Shown: positions 1 through 9,904 of the stretch, piece after piece
Numbering within the stretch: position 1 is the first letter of the stretch
How the letters are laid out: each line of letters starts with the position of its first letter
Assembly (NCBI GenBank): GCA_963772375.1
Contig: CAVYXG010000001.1
Location: 856,086 to 920,085 of the forward strand
Length of the DNA: 64,000 nt
Reading direction: 5' to 3'
Source of the DNA: an uncultured Actinomycetes bacterium
Lineage (GTDB): Bacteria > Actinomycetota > UBA4738 > JACQTL01
The notes under the pieces: generated by a model
Told to the model about the DNA's origin: nothing
The model's database searches: none
What the model saw: only the letters and a program-made list of their open reading frames with translations
Made by a program: the position numbers and the translations under genes

Positions 1-367
1 GCCCGGGATGCGGCTGCTCGCCGGAGACGTTCGGAGATGGTGCCCCGCCCGGCGGTTCGGCGCCCGTCCGCATCGGCGGCGGCGCCGACGCCCCCCGGGA
101 CTGGATCCCTGGCTCATCCGTCATGCCGACCCGAACCCTCCGCTCGAGCGCGGTGCTCCCAACCGGCCAGCGTCGCCCGCACCGCACCCACGCGTCATCA
201 CCCATTCCGAACGATGCGCCATCTCGGCCGCCTTCGCACGGCGGGCGCTTCAGCCGCGGAACGGCGCGAACAGCGTCAGCTGGACCCCGTGCGGAGTCCG
301 AACCCGAAGTCCCGGACGGTGAGCGAGACGCGGAGCTCGGTGACCTCGTCGGGTGCGTCCATGGTCG

Positions 368-763
368 CTATCCGACCTCGGGGGCGTCGCCGTTCGCCGA
401 GGCGAGCGCCCGCTGCGCGACGGCGAAGGCCCGGTTGGCAGCCGGGATCCCGGCGTACACCGCCGTGTGGAGCAAGACCTCCCGGATCTCCTCGGCCGTG
501 ACGCCCCCCTCGAGTGCGGCGCGAACGTGCATGGCCAGCTCCTCCTCGTGTCCGAGGGCAGCGAGCAGCGCGATCGTGATGCACGATCGCGTCCGGCGGT
601 CCAGGCCCGGCCGCGACCACACCTCGCCCCACGCGAAGCGCGTGATGAGGTCCTGGAACGCCTCCGTGAACGGCGTGGCGGCCGACGAGGCCTGGTCGAC
701 GTGCTCGTTCCCGAGGACCTCCCGCCGCACGGCCATCCCGTCGTCGTAGATCGGATCGCTCAT
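368..763 (-). CDS. pcaC: 4-carboxymuconolactone decarboxylase
   Basis: 131-aa tail of the 407-aa ORF (MSDPIYDDG...ALEGGVTAEEIREVLLHTAVYAGIPAANRAF) has carboxymuconolactone decarboxylase signatures. ATG at 763 overlaps the pcaD stop (ATGA). The upstream part of the ORF is a GC artefact. Confidence 0.85.
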   Translation of the reverse strand: MSDPIYDDGMAVRREVLGNEHVDQASSAATPFTEAFQDLITRFAWGEVWSRPGLDRRTRSCITIALLAALGHEEELAMHVRAALEGGVTAEEIREVLLHTAVYAGIPAANRAFAVAQRALASANGDAPEVG

Positions 764-1548
764 GGTTCCTCCTCGGGGGTTAGGACCGACAGGTGGTCGA
801 GGATGGCGCGGGTCGCCTCGTCGGCGCGTTCGACGTTCAGCAGGTGCGATCCCGGGAGGACGACCACTCGCGAGCCGGCGATGCGGCCCGCGATCCGTTC
901 GGCATGCACCGGCGGGGTACCGGGGTCGTCGGCGCCGGCCACGAGCAGCGTGGGCGCGGCGATCGCACCGATCGACGACGTGAGGTCGGTGCGCTCGACC
1001 ACGCCGCAGCACGCCGCGTAGCCCTCCGGTGGGCTCACCAGCAACATGTCGCGGAACGAACCGACCACGTCGGGCCGTTCCTCGGCGAACCGCTCGGTGA
1101 ACCATCGCTTCACGGCCAGGTCCGCCACGGTGCCCATCCCCTCCGCCAGGACCATCGCCGCGCGTTCCGCGTACACCTCCGGCGAGTCGAACCGTGCCGA
1201 CGCCGAACACAGCACCAGCCGGTCGACGCGCTCGGGCGCGTTCGCCGCGACCCACATCGTGGTCAGGCCCCCGATCGACAGGCCGCACAGGCTGGCCCGT
1301 TCGATGCCGAGGCGGTCGAGCAGGCCCAGGAGGTCCCCGCCGAGGTCGGCGACGTCGTAGGGCCCCGGCGGAACCGGGGACGCGCCGTGCCCCCTCGTGT
1401 CGTATCTGATCACCCGGAACCGCTCCCGCAGCGCGGCCATCTGCGGGTCCCACATCGCCAGGGTGGTGCCGAGGGAGTTCGACAGCACGACCGGCGGGCC
1501 GTCGGGACGCCCCTCCTCGAGGTGGTGGACCTCGGCCGGGCCGCTCAC
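760..1548 (-). CDS. pcaD: 3-oxoadipate enol-lactonase (alpha/beta hydrolase)
   Basis: C-terminal 262 aa of the 599-aa ORF (VLSNSLGTTLAMWDP...GLSIGG...) match the alpha/beta-hydrolase enol-lactonase family. GTG start at 1548 overlaps the pcaB stop (GTGA). Confidence 0.8.
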   Translation of the reverse strand: MSGPAEVHHLEEGRPDGPPVVLSNSLGTTLAMWDPQMAALRERFRVIRYDTRGHGASPVPPGPYDVADLGGDLLGLLDRLGIERASLCGLSIGGLTTMWVAANAPERVDRLVLCSASARFDSPEVYAERAAMVLAEGMGTVADLAVKRWFTERFAEERPDVVGSFRDMLLVSPPEGYAACCGVVERTDLTSSIGAIAAPTLLVAGADDPGTPPVHAERIAGRIAGSRVVVLPGSHLLNVERADEATRAILDHLSVLTPEEEP

Positions 1549-2732
1549 GGTCGCGTCTCCCCGCGTCGTTCTTCGTGTGCGTCGAGGGCACGCTGGACGA
1601 GCGCCTCGCAGGCGGCCACCACCGTGGCCTCCGCGTCCCGGTCCGGCGGGTCGTCGCCCCGGAGGTTCGCGAGCATCCGGTTCGGGTCCACGATCAGCGC
1701 GCCCAGGCAGTCCGCAATCCACGAAGCCGCCGATCCCGTGGCGATCAGCAGCTCCCGCAGCGGCAGCCACTCGGCGTGCCACGCGCCGGCGGCGCGCTCC
1801 AGCTCGTGGACGCCGGCCGCGAGCAGCTCCGCCACGAGCCCGGGCGCGCGGCGGGCCGAGGCCAGCGCGGAGACCGCTGCGACCGGATTGGCCTTCCCGG
1901 AGATGGCCGACGACCCGCCCCGGCCCGGGACGCCCTCCCGGACCTCGCCCAGCTCCGTCTGCGCGAGCAGCACGACGTCGACCGCGGGCTTGGCGGCAGC
2001 GCCGGCGGCTTCCCCGAGCGCCCCGGCCAGCTCCGCGATCCGCGTCCGGTCCGTGTGCCACGGCAGCACCGGCACGGCCAGCCCCAGCCGTTCGGCCATC
2101 GCCGCCGCGATCGCCTCGCCGTCCGGCCACAGCGCCTCGAGCGTCCCGGTCGCGCCGCCCAGCTGCAGGGCAAGGCCGTCGCGCCGAACCCCGGCCAGCC
2201 GGGCCTCCGCCCGGTCGAGCGCCGTGCACCAGACGGCCGCCTTCAGCCCGAACGTGACCGGCGTCGCCCGCTGCAGCAGCGTCCGCCCGGGCATCAGGCT
2301 CCCCCGGTGCTCCGAGGCGAGACGGGCGGCCACGTCGGCCGCGGTGCTGAGGTCGCGGCCGATGACCTCGAGCGCCCGCCCCGCCGTGAGCATGGCCGCC
2401 GTGTCGATCACGTCCTGGCTGGTCGCCCCGCGATGCACGGCCTCGGCGGCCGAGTGGCCGAGCATCGCCCGCAGGGCGTCCAGCATCGGCACGACGGGGT
2501 TGCCCGTGTCCGCAGCCAGCGACCCCAGCCTGGACGGGTCGAACGACTCGGCCCGGCACGCCTCGGCGATCGCGCGGGCATCACCGTCGTCGACCCGGCC
2601 CGCGCCGGCCGACGCCAGCGCGAGCGCCGCCTCGAAGTCGAGCATGGACTGCAGGAACGCGCGGTCGCCAACGACGTCGCGGACGCCCCCCCGCGCCAGC
2701 ACGTCATCGAACAGCCCCGTCGGCACGACCAT
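1545..2732 (-). CDS. pcaB: 3-carboxy-cis,cis-muconate cycloisomerase (fumarate lyase family)
   Basis: MVVPTGLFDD...GATSQDVIDTA...SSAISGKANPV motifs typical of fumarase/aspartase-family PcaB. ATG at 2732. Confidence 0.85.
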   Translation of the reverse strand: MVVPTGLFDDVLARGGVRDVVGDRAFLQSMLDFEAALALASAGAGRVDDGDARAIAEACRAESFDPSRLGSLAADTGNPVVPMLDALRAMLGHSAAEAVHRGATSQDVIDTAAMLTAGRALEVIGRDLSTAADVAARLASEHRGSLMPGRTLLQRATPVTFGLKAAVWCTALDRAEARLAGVRRDGLALQLGGATGTLEALWPDGEAIAAAMAERLGLAVPVLPWHTDRTRIAELAGALGEAAGAAAKPAVDVVLLAQTELGEVREGVPGRGGSSAISGKANPVAAVSALASARRAPGLVAELLAAGVHELERAAGAWHAEWLPLRELLIATGSAASWIADCLGALIVDPNRMLANLRGDDPPDRDAEATVVAACEALVQRALDAHEERRGETRP

Positions 2733-2745
2733 CGGGTCGGGCGGC

Positions 2746-3270
2746 TCAGATGGAGAAGAAGACGGTCGCATCGTCCCCCTGCATTCGGATGTCGAATCGG
2801 TACCCGTCCGGCGTGGCCGGGGCCACCAGCGTCCGCCGGGCCGCCTCGTCCCCGATCGCCGCCAGCACTGGGTCGGCGGCGTTGACGGCCTCCTCGTCGC
2901 CGAAGTAGATCCGGGTGAACAGGTGGTTGAGCAGCCCCCGGGCGAACACGGCCACGTGGACATGCGGGGCACCCTGGACCGCGCCGGGCTTCACGGTGCG
3001 GAACCCGAATCGCCCTTCCGGGTCGGTCGAGGACCGCCCGAACCCTCGAAATCCCCCGCCGGCCGCCGTCGGGAACCGTCCGTCGGGACCCGGCTGCCAG
3101 ATCTCGACCACGCCGTCCGGGACGGGTTCGCCGGCCCCGTCCGTCATCGCCCCCCGGATCCACACGGCACCTTCCGTCCCCTCGGGGACGACGAACGGCC
3201 CGGCCTCCCACGACATGCCGATCGAGAAGAACGGCCCCACGGTCTGCGACGGCGTCCGCCCGGTGGTCAT
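2746..3270 (-). CDS. pcaG: protocatechuate 3,4-dioxygenase alpha subunit
   Basis: MTTGRTPSQTVGPFF...HVHVAVFARGLLNHLFTRIYF conserved PcaG signature. ATG at 3270 overlaps the pcaH stop. Confidence 0.85.
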   Translation of the reverse strand: MTTGRTPSQTVGPFFSIGMSWEAGPFVVPEGTEGAVWIRGAMTDGAGEPVPDGVVEIWQPGPDGRFPTAAGGGFRGFGRSSTDPEGRFGFRTVKPGAVQGAPHVHVAVFARGLLNHLFTRIYFGDEEAVNAADPVLAAIGDEAARRTLVAPATPDGYRFDIRMQGDDATVFFSI

Positions 3271-3965
3271 GCCCGCGGTTCCTCCATCGGTGTGGCCCTC
3301 GTGCCCCGCAGGACGATGTCCCACGCGAACGCCAGCGCCCATTCCGGGACGGTCGCGTCGAGGTCGAACCGCGACACCAGCCGGCGCCGGACCGCCTCGT
3401 CGGGGATGGAGTTGAAGATGGGGTCGTGGTCGAACAGCGGGTCGTCCGGGAAGTACATCTGGGTCACGAGCCGCTGGGAGAACGCCCGCCCGAACACCGA
3501 GAAGTGGATGTGCGCCGGCCGCCACGCATTGTGGTGGTTCTTCCAGGGATAGGCCCCCGGCTTGATCGTGACGAACCGGTACCCCCCGTCGGCGTCGGTG
3601 AGGCAGCGGCCGGCGCCGGTGAAGTTCGGGTCGAGGGGCGACGGGTGGCGGTCGCCGTCGTGCAGGTACCGGCCCCCGGCGTTGGCCTGCCACACCTCGA
3701 CCAGCGCGCCCGGCACCGGACGGCCGTCGCCGTCCAGCAGACGCCCGTGCACGACGATGCGCTGGCCCTGCGGCTCGCCGGCGTGCCCGGCCGTCAGGTC
3801 GTCGTCCCCGGCGCGGACCCGGTCGTCGCCGAACCTCGGCCCGGCGACGTCGTCCACGACGCCCGGGAGCGGGACCAGCGGCCGGGAGGGCGCCCGCAGG
3901 ATGGACGAGCGGTACGCCGGGAAGTCGTACGGCGGGTCAACCTGGTCGGGCCGTTCAGCTTCCAT
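3267..3965 (-). CDS. pcaH: protocatechuate 3,4-dioxygenase beta subunit
   Basis: 232-aa ORF with RIVVHGRLLDGDGRPVPGALVEVWQANAGGRY...HIHFSVFG intradiol dioxygenase motifs. Confidence 0.9.
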   Translation of the reverse strand: MEAERPDQVDPPYDFPAYRSSILRAPSRPLVPLPGVVDDVAGPRFGDDRVRAGDDDLTAGHAGEPQGQRIVVHGRLLDGDGRPVPGALVEVWQANAGGRYLHDGDRHPSPLDPNFTGAGRCLTDADGGYRFVTIKPGAYPWKNHHNAWRPAHIHFSVFGRAFSQRLVTQMYFPDDPLFDHDPIFNSIPDEAVRRRLVSRFDLDATVPEWALAFAWDIVLRGTRATPMEEPRA

Positions 3966-5091
3966 CGCGCCCTCGCTTCCCCACGTCGTCGTCCGGGGCG
4001 CCGGCGGCCGCGGACGCGTCCGGCCGGTCGGCGGCGACCGCCGCGCCGCGATCGGACGACGGCAGCGTACGTCCGTCGTCGGCGCCGACCCGCAGCCAGT
4101 ACCCCACCGGGAACAGCCGCAGCCGGCCTCCGATCAGCCCCCACAGCCCGCGTGGCGCCCAGATCGCCACCACGATGGCGACGAGCCCGACGATGATCAG
4201 GTACAGGGCGCCGTGCTCCGACAGGCTCTGCTGCAGTGCGAAGAACACGATGCTGCCCACGATGGGCCCCTCGATCGTGCCGATGCCCCCGATGATCGTC
4301 ACGAAGATCATGTTCGCCGACCACTGCACGGTGAACGCGGCCGGCGCCTGGACGTTCAGCGCGCTGATGATGACGATGGTCCCGGCCGCGCCGCACCCCG
4401 CGGCGGCGACCAGGAACACCAGGCGCCGGGCCCGCGCGACGCGGACGCCGAGGCTTCGCGCGCCGACCTCGTTGTCGCGGATCGCCGTGAGGACCAGGCC
4501 GAGCCGGCCCCGCAGCAGCAGGTAGATCGCCGCGAGCGCCACGACGGCCACCGCCAGCGACGCCCAGTACGTGATGGCGGTCCGGAGTGTGGGGTCCATG
4601 CCCTCGATGCCCGGCAGTGGCGCGCCGGTCCCGCCGCCGAGCGACTTGAACCGGCTGATGACCTGCAGGCAGACCTCGGCCACGACCCACGTGGCGATCG
4701 CGAAGTACCCGCCCCGCAGCCGGAGCAGCAGCAGCGCGATCGGGATCGCGATCACGGCGCAGCCCACCGTCGCGATCGGGATCGCGACGAACGGCTCCAC
4801 GCCGTGCTGCGCGAGGATCAGCACGAAGTACGCCCCCAGCCCGATGAACGCCTGCTGCCCGACCGAGACCATGCCGGCGTAGCCGGCCAGCAGGTTCCAC
4901 ATGCTCGACATCGTCAGCAGGACGAAGAAGTCGGTGAGCGTGTCGGTTGTCCCGGCGTACGCGAGGTACGGAAGGTAGGCGAGCACCGCAACGACCGCGA
5001 CCCCCAGGAGCAGCGTCCACCGCCGCGGGCGGCTCGACCGGGTCACCCGGATCGCTTCGTGCGTCGGGGGGCGTTCCAGTGTGGAGCTCAT
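3955..5091 (-). CDS. branched-chain-amino-acid-type ABC transporter permease (LivM-like)
   Basis: Hydrophobic 378-aa segment MSSTLERPP... with LivM-family topology. ATG at 5091 overlaps the upstream permease stop. Confidence 0.8.
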   Translation of the reverse strand: MSSTLERPPTHEAIRVTRSSRPRRWTLLLGVAVVAVLAYLPYLAYAGTTDTLTDFFVLLTMSSMWNLLAGYAGMVSVGQQAFIGLGAYFVLILAQHGVEPFVAIPIATVGCAVIAIPIALLLLRLRGGYFAIATWVVAEVCLQVISRFKSLGGGTGAPLPGIEGMDPTLRTAITYWASLAVAVVALAAIYLLLRGRLGLVLTAIRDNEVGARSLGVRVARARRLVFLVAAAGCGAAGTIVIISALNVQAPAAFTVQWSANMIFVTIIGGIGTIEGPIVGSIVFFALQQSLSEHGALYLIIVGLVAIVVAIWAPRGLWGLIGGRLRLFPVGYWLRVGADDGRTLPSSDRGAAVAADRPDASAAAGAPDDDVGKRGRDGS

Positions 5092-5954
5092 TCGATCCTC
5101 CGCCCGCCGGTGATCCCCTGCGGCCGAACAGCGAGCACCGCGAGGAACACCAGGTGCCCTGCGAGGATCCCGTACGCCGGGTTGATCTTGGCGCCGACGG
5201 CCTGCGCGACACCGAGCACGACGCCCCCCACCAGCGTCCCCCACAGCGAGCCCAGCCCCCCGATCACCACCGCCTCGAACGCGAACAGCAGCCGGCTGGT
5301 CCCGATGCTCGGGTTGAACGACGAGTACATGCCGAACGCGATCCCCGCCACCGCCACGGTGGCGAACGCGATGGCCGCCGCCACCCCGAACACGTGCCGG
5401 TAGTCCGCCCCCGACAGCTGGGCGGCCTCGCGGTCGTCGGCCACGGCCCGGATCAGACGCCCGGCCCGGGCGCGGGCCAGGAAGTACTGCAGCCCGAGCA
5501 GCACCACGACCGCCACCACGAACACGGTCACCGACAGCACGCCCACGGAGAGCTGCCCTACATGGATGGACCGCGAGGTGAACGACCCGAGGTTCAGCGA
5601 GTGGCTGTCCGCCGAGAACAGCTCGAGCAGCCCGTTCTCGATCACCACCGAGATGCCGAACGTCACCAGCAGCACGGTGAACGGCCCCCGGTCGAGGCTC
5701 CGCTGGATCAGCGTCCGCTGCCCGAAGTAGCCGAGCAGCGCGAACAGCGGGATGGCCACGAGGAACGAGAGCGGCGCGGCGATCCCGACCGACGGCAGCA
5801 TGACCACGGCGAGGTACGCCGCCACGACGGCGAGGTCGCCGTGCGCCAGGTTGATGACCCCCATGACGCCGAACAGCAGCGAGAGCCCGCACCCGAACAG
5901 CGCGTACAGGCCGCCGAGGAGGATGCCCTGGACGATCGCGTTCACCCAGCTCAC
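5088..5954 (-). CDS. ABC transporter permease (LivH-like)
   Basis: VSWVNAIVQGILLGGLYALFGCGLSLLFG... typical LivH N-terminus. GTG at 5954. Confidence 0.8.
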   Translation of the reverse strand: MSWVNAIVQGILLGGLYALFGCGLSLLFGVMGVINLAHGDLAVVAAYLAVVMLPSVGIAAPLSFLVAIPLFALLGYFGQRTLIQRSLDRGPFTVLLVTFGISVVIENGLLELFSADSHSLNLGSFTSRSIHVGQLSVGVLSVTVFVVAVVVLLGLQYFLARARAGRLIRAVADDREAAQLSGADYRHVFGVAAAIAFATVAVAGIAFGMYSSFNPSIGTSRLLFAFEAVVIGGLGSLWGTLVGGVVLGVAQAVGAKINPAYGILAGHLVFLAVLAVRPQGITGGRRIE

Positions 5955-6697
5955 GACCCGCCCCCTCCGGGGGTCGCCTCCGCCAGGCCGAAGTACGCGG
6001 CCTCGATCTGCGCCGGCGTGAACTCCGCAGGCCGTCCGACCAGCGTCGTCCGTCCCTCCAGCAGGCACTGGATGCGGGAGGCGACGGCGAGCGCCTGCGT
6101 CACGTCCTGTTCGACCACCAGGACCGTCATGCCTGCGGCGAGCAGCTCGGGGAGCACGCCGTAGATACGGCGGACGACCGCCGGCGAGAGACCGAGCGAC
6201 AGCTCGTCGAGGAGCAGGATGCGCGGGTTCGCCACGAGGGCCCGCGCGATGGCGACGGCCTGCTGCTCGCCCCCGGACAGCTGCCACGCCGCCTGGCGCC
6301 GGCGTTCGGCCATCCAGGGGAACAGCTCGAAGACGGCGTCGACGTCCCATGTCCCCGTCCGCGCGTGGTACGTGCCGACCAGGATGTTCTCCTCCAGGGT
6401 CATCGAGCCGAACAGCCGCCGCCCCTCGGGGACCAGGGCGATGCCGGCGGCGAGCCGTTCCTCCGGCCGCATCGCGGTGACGTCGGCGCCGTCCAGCAGG
6501 ACGGACCCGCCCACCGGCCGGTGGAGCCCGGCGATGGTGCGCAGCAGCGTCGACTTGCCGGCCCCATTGGCGCCGATGATCGCGGAGGCCTCGCCGGCCC
6601 GGACCTCCAGGCTCACGCCCTGCAACGCCGGCAGCTGGCCGTGGAGCACGGTCAGATCCCGGGCCTCCAGCACCGAGGTCCCGCCGGGCGGCATCAT
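5951..6697 (-). CDS. ABC transporter ATP-binding protein (LivF-like)
   Basis: Walker A GANGAGKST, signature LSGGEQQ, Walker B LLLDE. Start 6697 overlaps the LivG-like stop. Confidence 0.85.
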   Translation of the reverse strand: MMPPGGTSVLEARDLTVLHGQLPALQGVSLEVRAGEASAIIGANGAGKSTLLRTIAGLHRPVGGSVLLDGADVTAMRPEERLAAGIALVPEGRRLFGSMTLEENILVGTYHARTGTWDVDAVFELFPWMAERRRQAAWQLSGGEQQAVAIARALVANPRILLLDELSLGLSPAVVRRIYGVLPELLAAGMTVLVVEQDVTQALAVASRIQCLLEGRTTLVGRPAEFTPAQIEAAYFGLAEATPGGGGS

Positions 6698-7437
6698 GAC
6701 CCGCCCGCCGCGCCGGCCGGGGCGGTTCCCAGGAACACCTCGCGCACCGCGGGGCTGGCCAGGACCTCGTTCGGCTCGCCGTCGCCCACGATCCTCCCGC
6801 CCGCGAGGCAGATCAGGCGGAGCACGGTCCCCTGGAGCGCCCGGACCACGTGTTCGACCCACACGACCGCGATCCCGTCGGCGAGGGCCCCCCGAACGAT
6901 GTCCACCAGCTGCACCATCTCCGGGTCGGTGAGCCCGCCGGCGACCTCGTCCAGCAGCAGCAGCCGGGGGCCGGTGGCCAGGGCCCGGGCCAGCTCGAGC
7001 CGCTTGCGCTGCAGCAGGCCCAGCCTGCCGGCGGGCTCGTTGGCGAACGCGAGCAGCCCGGTCCGCTCGAGGAGCCCCGCGGCCGCCGCGTGGGCGGCGC
7101 CGCCCCGCCGGTCGCCCCCCTGCTGCGAGGCGACCAGCACGTTCTCGAAGACGGTCATGTCCTCGAACGGCCGCGGCACCTGGTACGTCCGCGCGATGCC
7201 GAGGCGGCACCGGACGGCGGGGTCGAGGTGGGTGGCGGGCGAGCCGTCGAACCGGACCTCACCGCCGTCAGGCCGGAGGTCGCCGGTGATCAGACCGAAC
7301 AGGGTCGTCTTCCCGGCCCCGTTCGGCCCGACGATCCCGACGGCGTCTCCTTGCGCGACATCGAACGTCAGGCCGTCCGCGACGACGACACTCCCGAACC
7401 GTTTGCGCAGCTGGTCGAGCTCGAGCAGCGCTGCCAC
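6694..7437 (-). CDS. ABC transporter ATP-binding protein (LivG-like)
   Basis: Walker A GPNGAGKTT, Walker B LLLLDEVAGGL, 247 aa. Confidence 0.85.
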   Translation of the reverse strand: MAALLELDQLRKRFGSVVVADGLTFDVAQGDAVGIVGPNGAGKTTLFGLITGDLRPDGGEVRFDGSPATHLDPAVRCRLGIARTYQVPRPFEDMTVFENVLVASQQGGDRRGGAAHAAAAGLLERTGLLAFANEPAGRLGLLQRKRLELARALATGPRLLLLDEVAGGLTDPEMVQLVDIVRGALADGIAVVWVEHVVRALQGTVLRLICLAGGRIVGDGEPNEVLASPAVREVFLGTAPAGAAGGS

Positions 7438-7443
7438 GAGCGC

Positions 7444-8778
7444 TCAGGCGTTGGTTGGCTGGAGCGTCCCGCCGAGCTGCACGCTGGGGTTCAGGCTGTT
7501 GTCCACGACCACCATCTCGAACGGGAACTGCTTCCCCTTCTGCCATTGGACACCAAGCGGCTGCATGATCGCCACTCCGGGCACGGGGCCCTTGGTGAAG
7601 TCGAGCGGGCCCGACATGCCCGAGTAGCTCATGTTCCGGAGCTGGGAGGCGACCGCGTCGTGGTCGTGAGGGTCGTCGACGGCGGTGAACGCCTGATGGG
7701 CCACCTCGAACAGCGAGTAGGTCGACCCGAGCGTCTGCAGCCACTGCTTGCCGCTCGAGGACTGGAAGGCGTCGGCGAGGTCCTTCGCGGACTCGCCGGT
7801 GAGCGAGGACTTGTAGGGCATGTACGGGCCCCACCACGAGTCGGTGGCGATGTTGTTCACCAGGTCGCCGAGCGCCTCGGTGTCCGCGGGGAACAGCAGC
7901 ACCTTGGCCACGGTCGCCAGCTTCGGCTTGTAGCCCTGCTGGGCGGCCTGCTTCCAGAACGTGTTGAAGTCGGGCGGGAGCGGCGCGTTGATGAAGATCT
8001 CGCAGTCCTTGGACTTGAACTGCGAGATCATCGAGCTGAAGTCGGTGGTCCCGTCCGGGTAGGGCCCGCCATCCACGAACGTGTAGCCGGCCTTGTCGAT
8101 GATGTCCGGCCAGGCGCCCCGGAACGCGTTGCCGTCGGCGTCGTTCGGGAACATCCCGCCGACCACCTTGTTGGTCGGGACCGCGTTCCACATCGGGACG
8201 AAGCACCCACCGAACTCCTCCACCCCGAAGAAGTACATCGTCGTGTACTTGAACGGCTTGGGCTTCTTGGGGTCCGCCTGCCGGGTGAAGTACCACGCCT
8301 CCCACGGCACGACGGTCGAGACACAGGGGGTGGCGTTCGACTCGCAGATCTCCGCGACCGGGTTGGTGGTCTCCGGCGTGGACGTCGTGACGATCATGTC
8401 GGCGTGGTTCTGGAGCACGAGCTCGCGGGCCACCTCGGAGGCGCGGTTGGGGTCGGACTGGCTGTCCTTCACGACGATGTTGACCTTGAAGGTCTTTCCC
8501 CCGACCTTGAACCCCTTCGAATACTGGGAGGTCTGGCGGACCCGGTTCACGACGAACTGGTCGCCGGAGGCGAACCCGGCGAGCGCGCCCGTGAGGGGCG
8601 TGACCATGCCGATCGTGATCGTGCCGCTCGTCGAGGACCCCGAGCCCTTGATCTTCGAGCAGGCCGCGAGGACGCCGCCCGCGGAGAGGCCCAGCGCACC
8701 GATGCCGGCTCCCTTCAGGAACGATCGACGGCTGATCAGCTCGTCGAACAGCGACCCGGACCGTTCGTGCTCGCCCAT
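7444..8778 (-). CDS. LivK-type periplasmic substrate-binding lipoprotein (probable aromatic-acid binder)
   Basis: TAT motif SRRSFLKGAG followed by a lipobox (LAAC). 444-aa type-I periplasmic binding fold. Confidence 0.85.
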   Translation of the reverse strand: MGEHERSGSLFDELISRRSFLKGAGIGALGLSAGGVLAACSKIKGSGSSTSGTITIGMVTPLTGALAGFASGDQFVVNRVRQTSQYSKGFKVGGKTFKVNIVVKDSQSDPNRASEVARELVLQNHADMIVTTSTPETTNPVAEICESNATPCVSTVVPWEAWYFTRQADPKKPKPFKYTTMYFFGVEEFGGCFVPMWNAVPTNKVVGGMFPNDADGNAFRGAWPDIIDKAGYTFVDGGPYPDGTTDFSSMISQFKSKDCEIFINAPLPPDFNTFWKQAAQQGYKPKLATVAKVLLFPADTEALGDLVNNIATDSWWGPYMPYKSSLTGESAKDLADAFQSSSGKQWLQTLGSTYSLFEVAHQAFTAVDDPHDHDAVASQLRNMSYSGMSGPLDFTKGPVPGVAIMQPLGVQWQKGKQFPFEMVVVDNSLNPSVQLGGTLQPTNA

Positions 8779-8895
8779 CCCGACCCCCTTGGCCCACGAC
8801 TCGGTGTGTGCGCAGAGCGCACACAGTTCGCATCGCGCAAACTGTATGAAGGCCAGAAGTGGCTTGTCAAACCGGGCAGCGGGCTGGGCGGCCGG

Positions 8896-9738
8896 TCAGG
8901 CCGGCGTGGCGCGCGCCGCGACGGGCTGCGGGGTCGTCGACTGCCGGAGCCCCAGCGCGCGGAGGTCGGCCTCGATCTCGGCGACGGCCGCGCGGAGGTT
9001 CGGGAGGATCCGGCCGATCATGTCGTCGACCGTGACACGGCTGGCGTAGGCGGAGATGTTCGCCCCCGCGATGGCCGTCCCCCCCGCGTCGCGGATCGGC
9101 ACGGCGATCGATCGGAGCCCGTCCTCGAGCTCCTGGTCCGCGAGGGCGAACCCCTGGTCGCGGACCTCGGCGAGGATCTCGCGGAACCTGGCCTTGTTGA
9201 CCACCGTGCGGCTCGTCAGCCGGTCGAACCGGAGGCTCGCGAGGCGGCGGTTCAGCTCGTCCGGCGGGAGGTTCGCCAGCAGCACGCGCCCCTTCGAGCT
9301 CGCGTGGACCGGGAACCGGGTCCCGACCGGGACCGCGACCACCAGGATGCCGGGACCTCGGACCCGCATGATGTCGACCACGTGGTCGCCGTCGAGCACC
9401 GCGATCGAGGACGACTCGCGGACTGTCTCGACGAGCGTCTCGAGGTGGGGCTGCGCGATCTCGGGGAGGGTCATGCTCGACAGGTACGCGTAGCCCAGCT
9501 CCAGCACCCGCGGTCGGAGCGAGAACTCGCGGCCGTTCGAGGCGACATAGCCGAGGTCGACGAGGGTGAGCAGGAACCGCCGCGCCGCCGCACGCGTGAT
9601 GCCGGCCTCTCGGGCCACCTCGGTCAGGGTGAGGCGGGGGCGTTCGGCGCTGAACGCCCGCATCACGGCCAGGCCGCGGTCGAGCGACTGGACGAAGACG
9701 CTCCGCTTCGCGGGGGGGCGGCTCAGCTCGTCGGCCAT
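8896..9738 (-). CDS. IclR-family transcriptional regulator (PcaR/PcaU-like)
   Basis: HTH LTEVAREAGITRAAARRFLLTLVDLGYV plus an IclR effector domain. ATG at 9738. Divergent from the ALDH/pobA operon. Confidence 0.8.
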   Translation of the reverse strand: MADELSRPPAKRSVFVQSLDRGLAVMRAFSAERPRLTLTEVAREAGITRAAARRFLLTLVDLGYVASNGREFSLRPRVLELGYAYLSSMTLPEIAQPHLETLVETVRESSSIAVLDGDHVVDIMRVRGPGILVVAVPVGTRFPVHASSKGRVLLANLPPDELNRRLASLRFDRLTSRTVVNKARFREILAEVRDQGFALADQELEDGLRSIAVPIRDAGGTAIAGANISAYASRVTVDDMIGRILPNLRAAVAEIEADLRALGLRQSTTPQPVAARATPA

Positions 9739-9904
9739 GAGTCCTCGCAGGCTACGCACGGCCGCTCGCGACGGTCGACGGCTTGACAGGCGAGGCCGGT
9801 GGTGGGCACAGTCCGTTCGTTCACCGCACGATGTTCTCATGGCGCACCGCACGGTGACGAGGGGGAACTGCGCAGGCCGCCCCGGCGATGGAGGGAGCGT
9901 GACG
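9739..9904. promoter_or_regulatory. divergent intergenic control region between the IclR regulator and the ALDH-pobA operon
   Basis: 166-bp gap between divergent starts. A GGAGGGAG RBS lies before the 9905 ATG. IclR operators typically lie in such gaps. Confidence 0.4.

Noticed and set aside
123-749. Plus-strand ORFs at the left window edge (8-322, 37-501, 123-749)
   Set aside because: They lie opposite pcaC and have Arg/Pro-rich nonsense translations. Nothing codable could be supported in 1-367 apart from a 28-codon minus-strand fragment.
793-3552. 919-aa ORF on the plus strand and similar very long ORFs (6850-9786 +, 9821-12430 -, 40452-43097 -, 51774-54065 +, 24127-26223 +)
   Set aside because: They run antisense to well-supported genes and have Arg/Gly/Pro/Ala-dominated low-complexity translations with no recognisable motifs. 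They are open frames created by about 70% GC, not genes.
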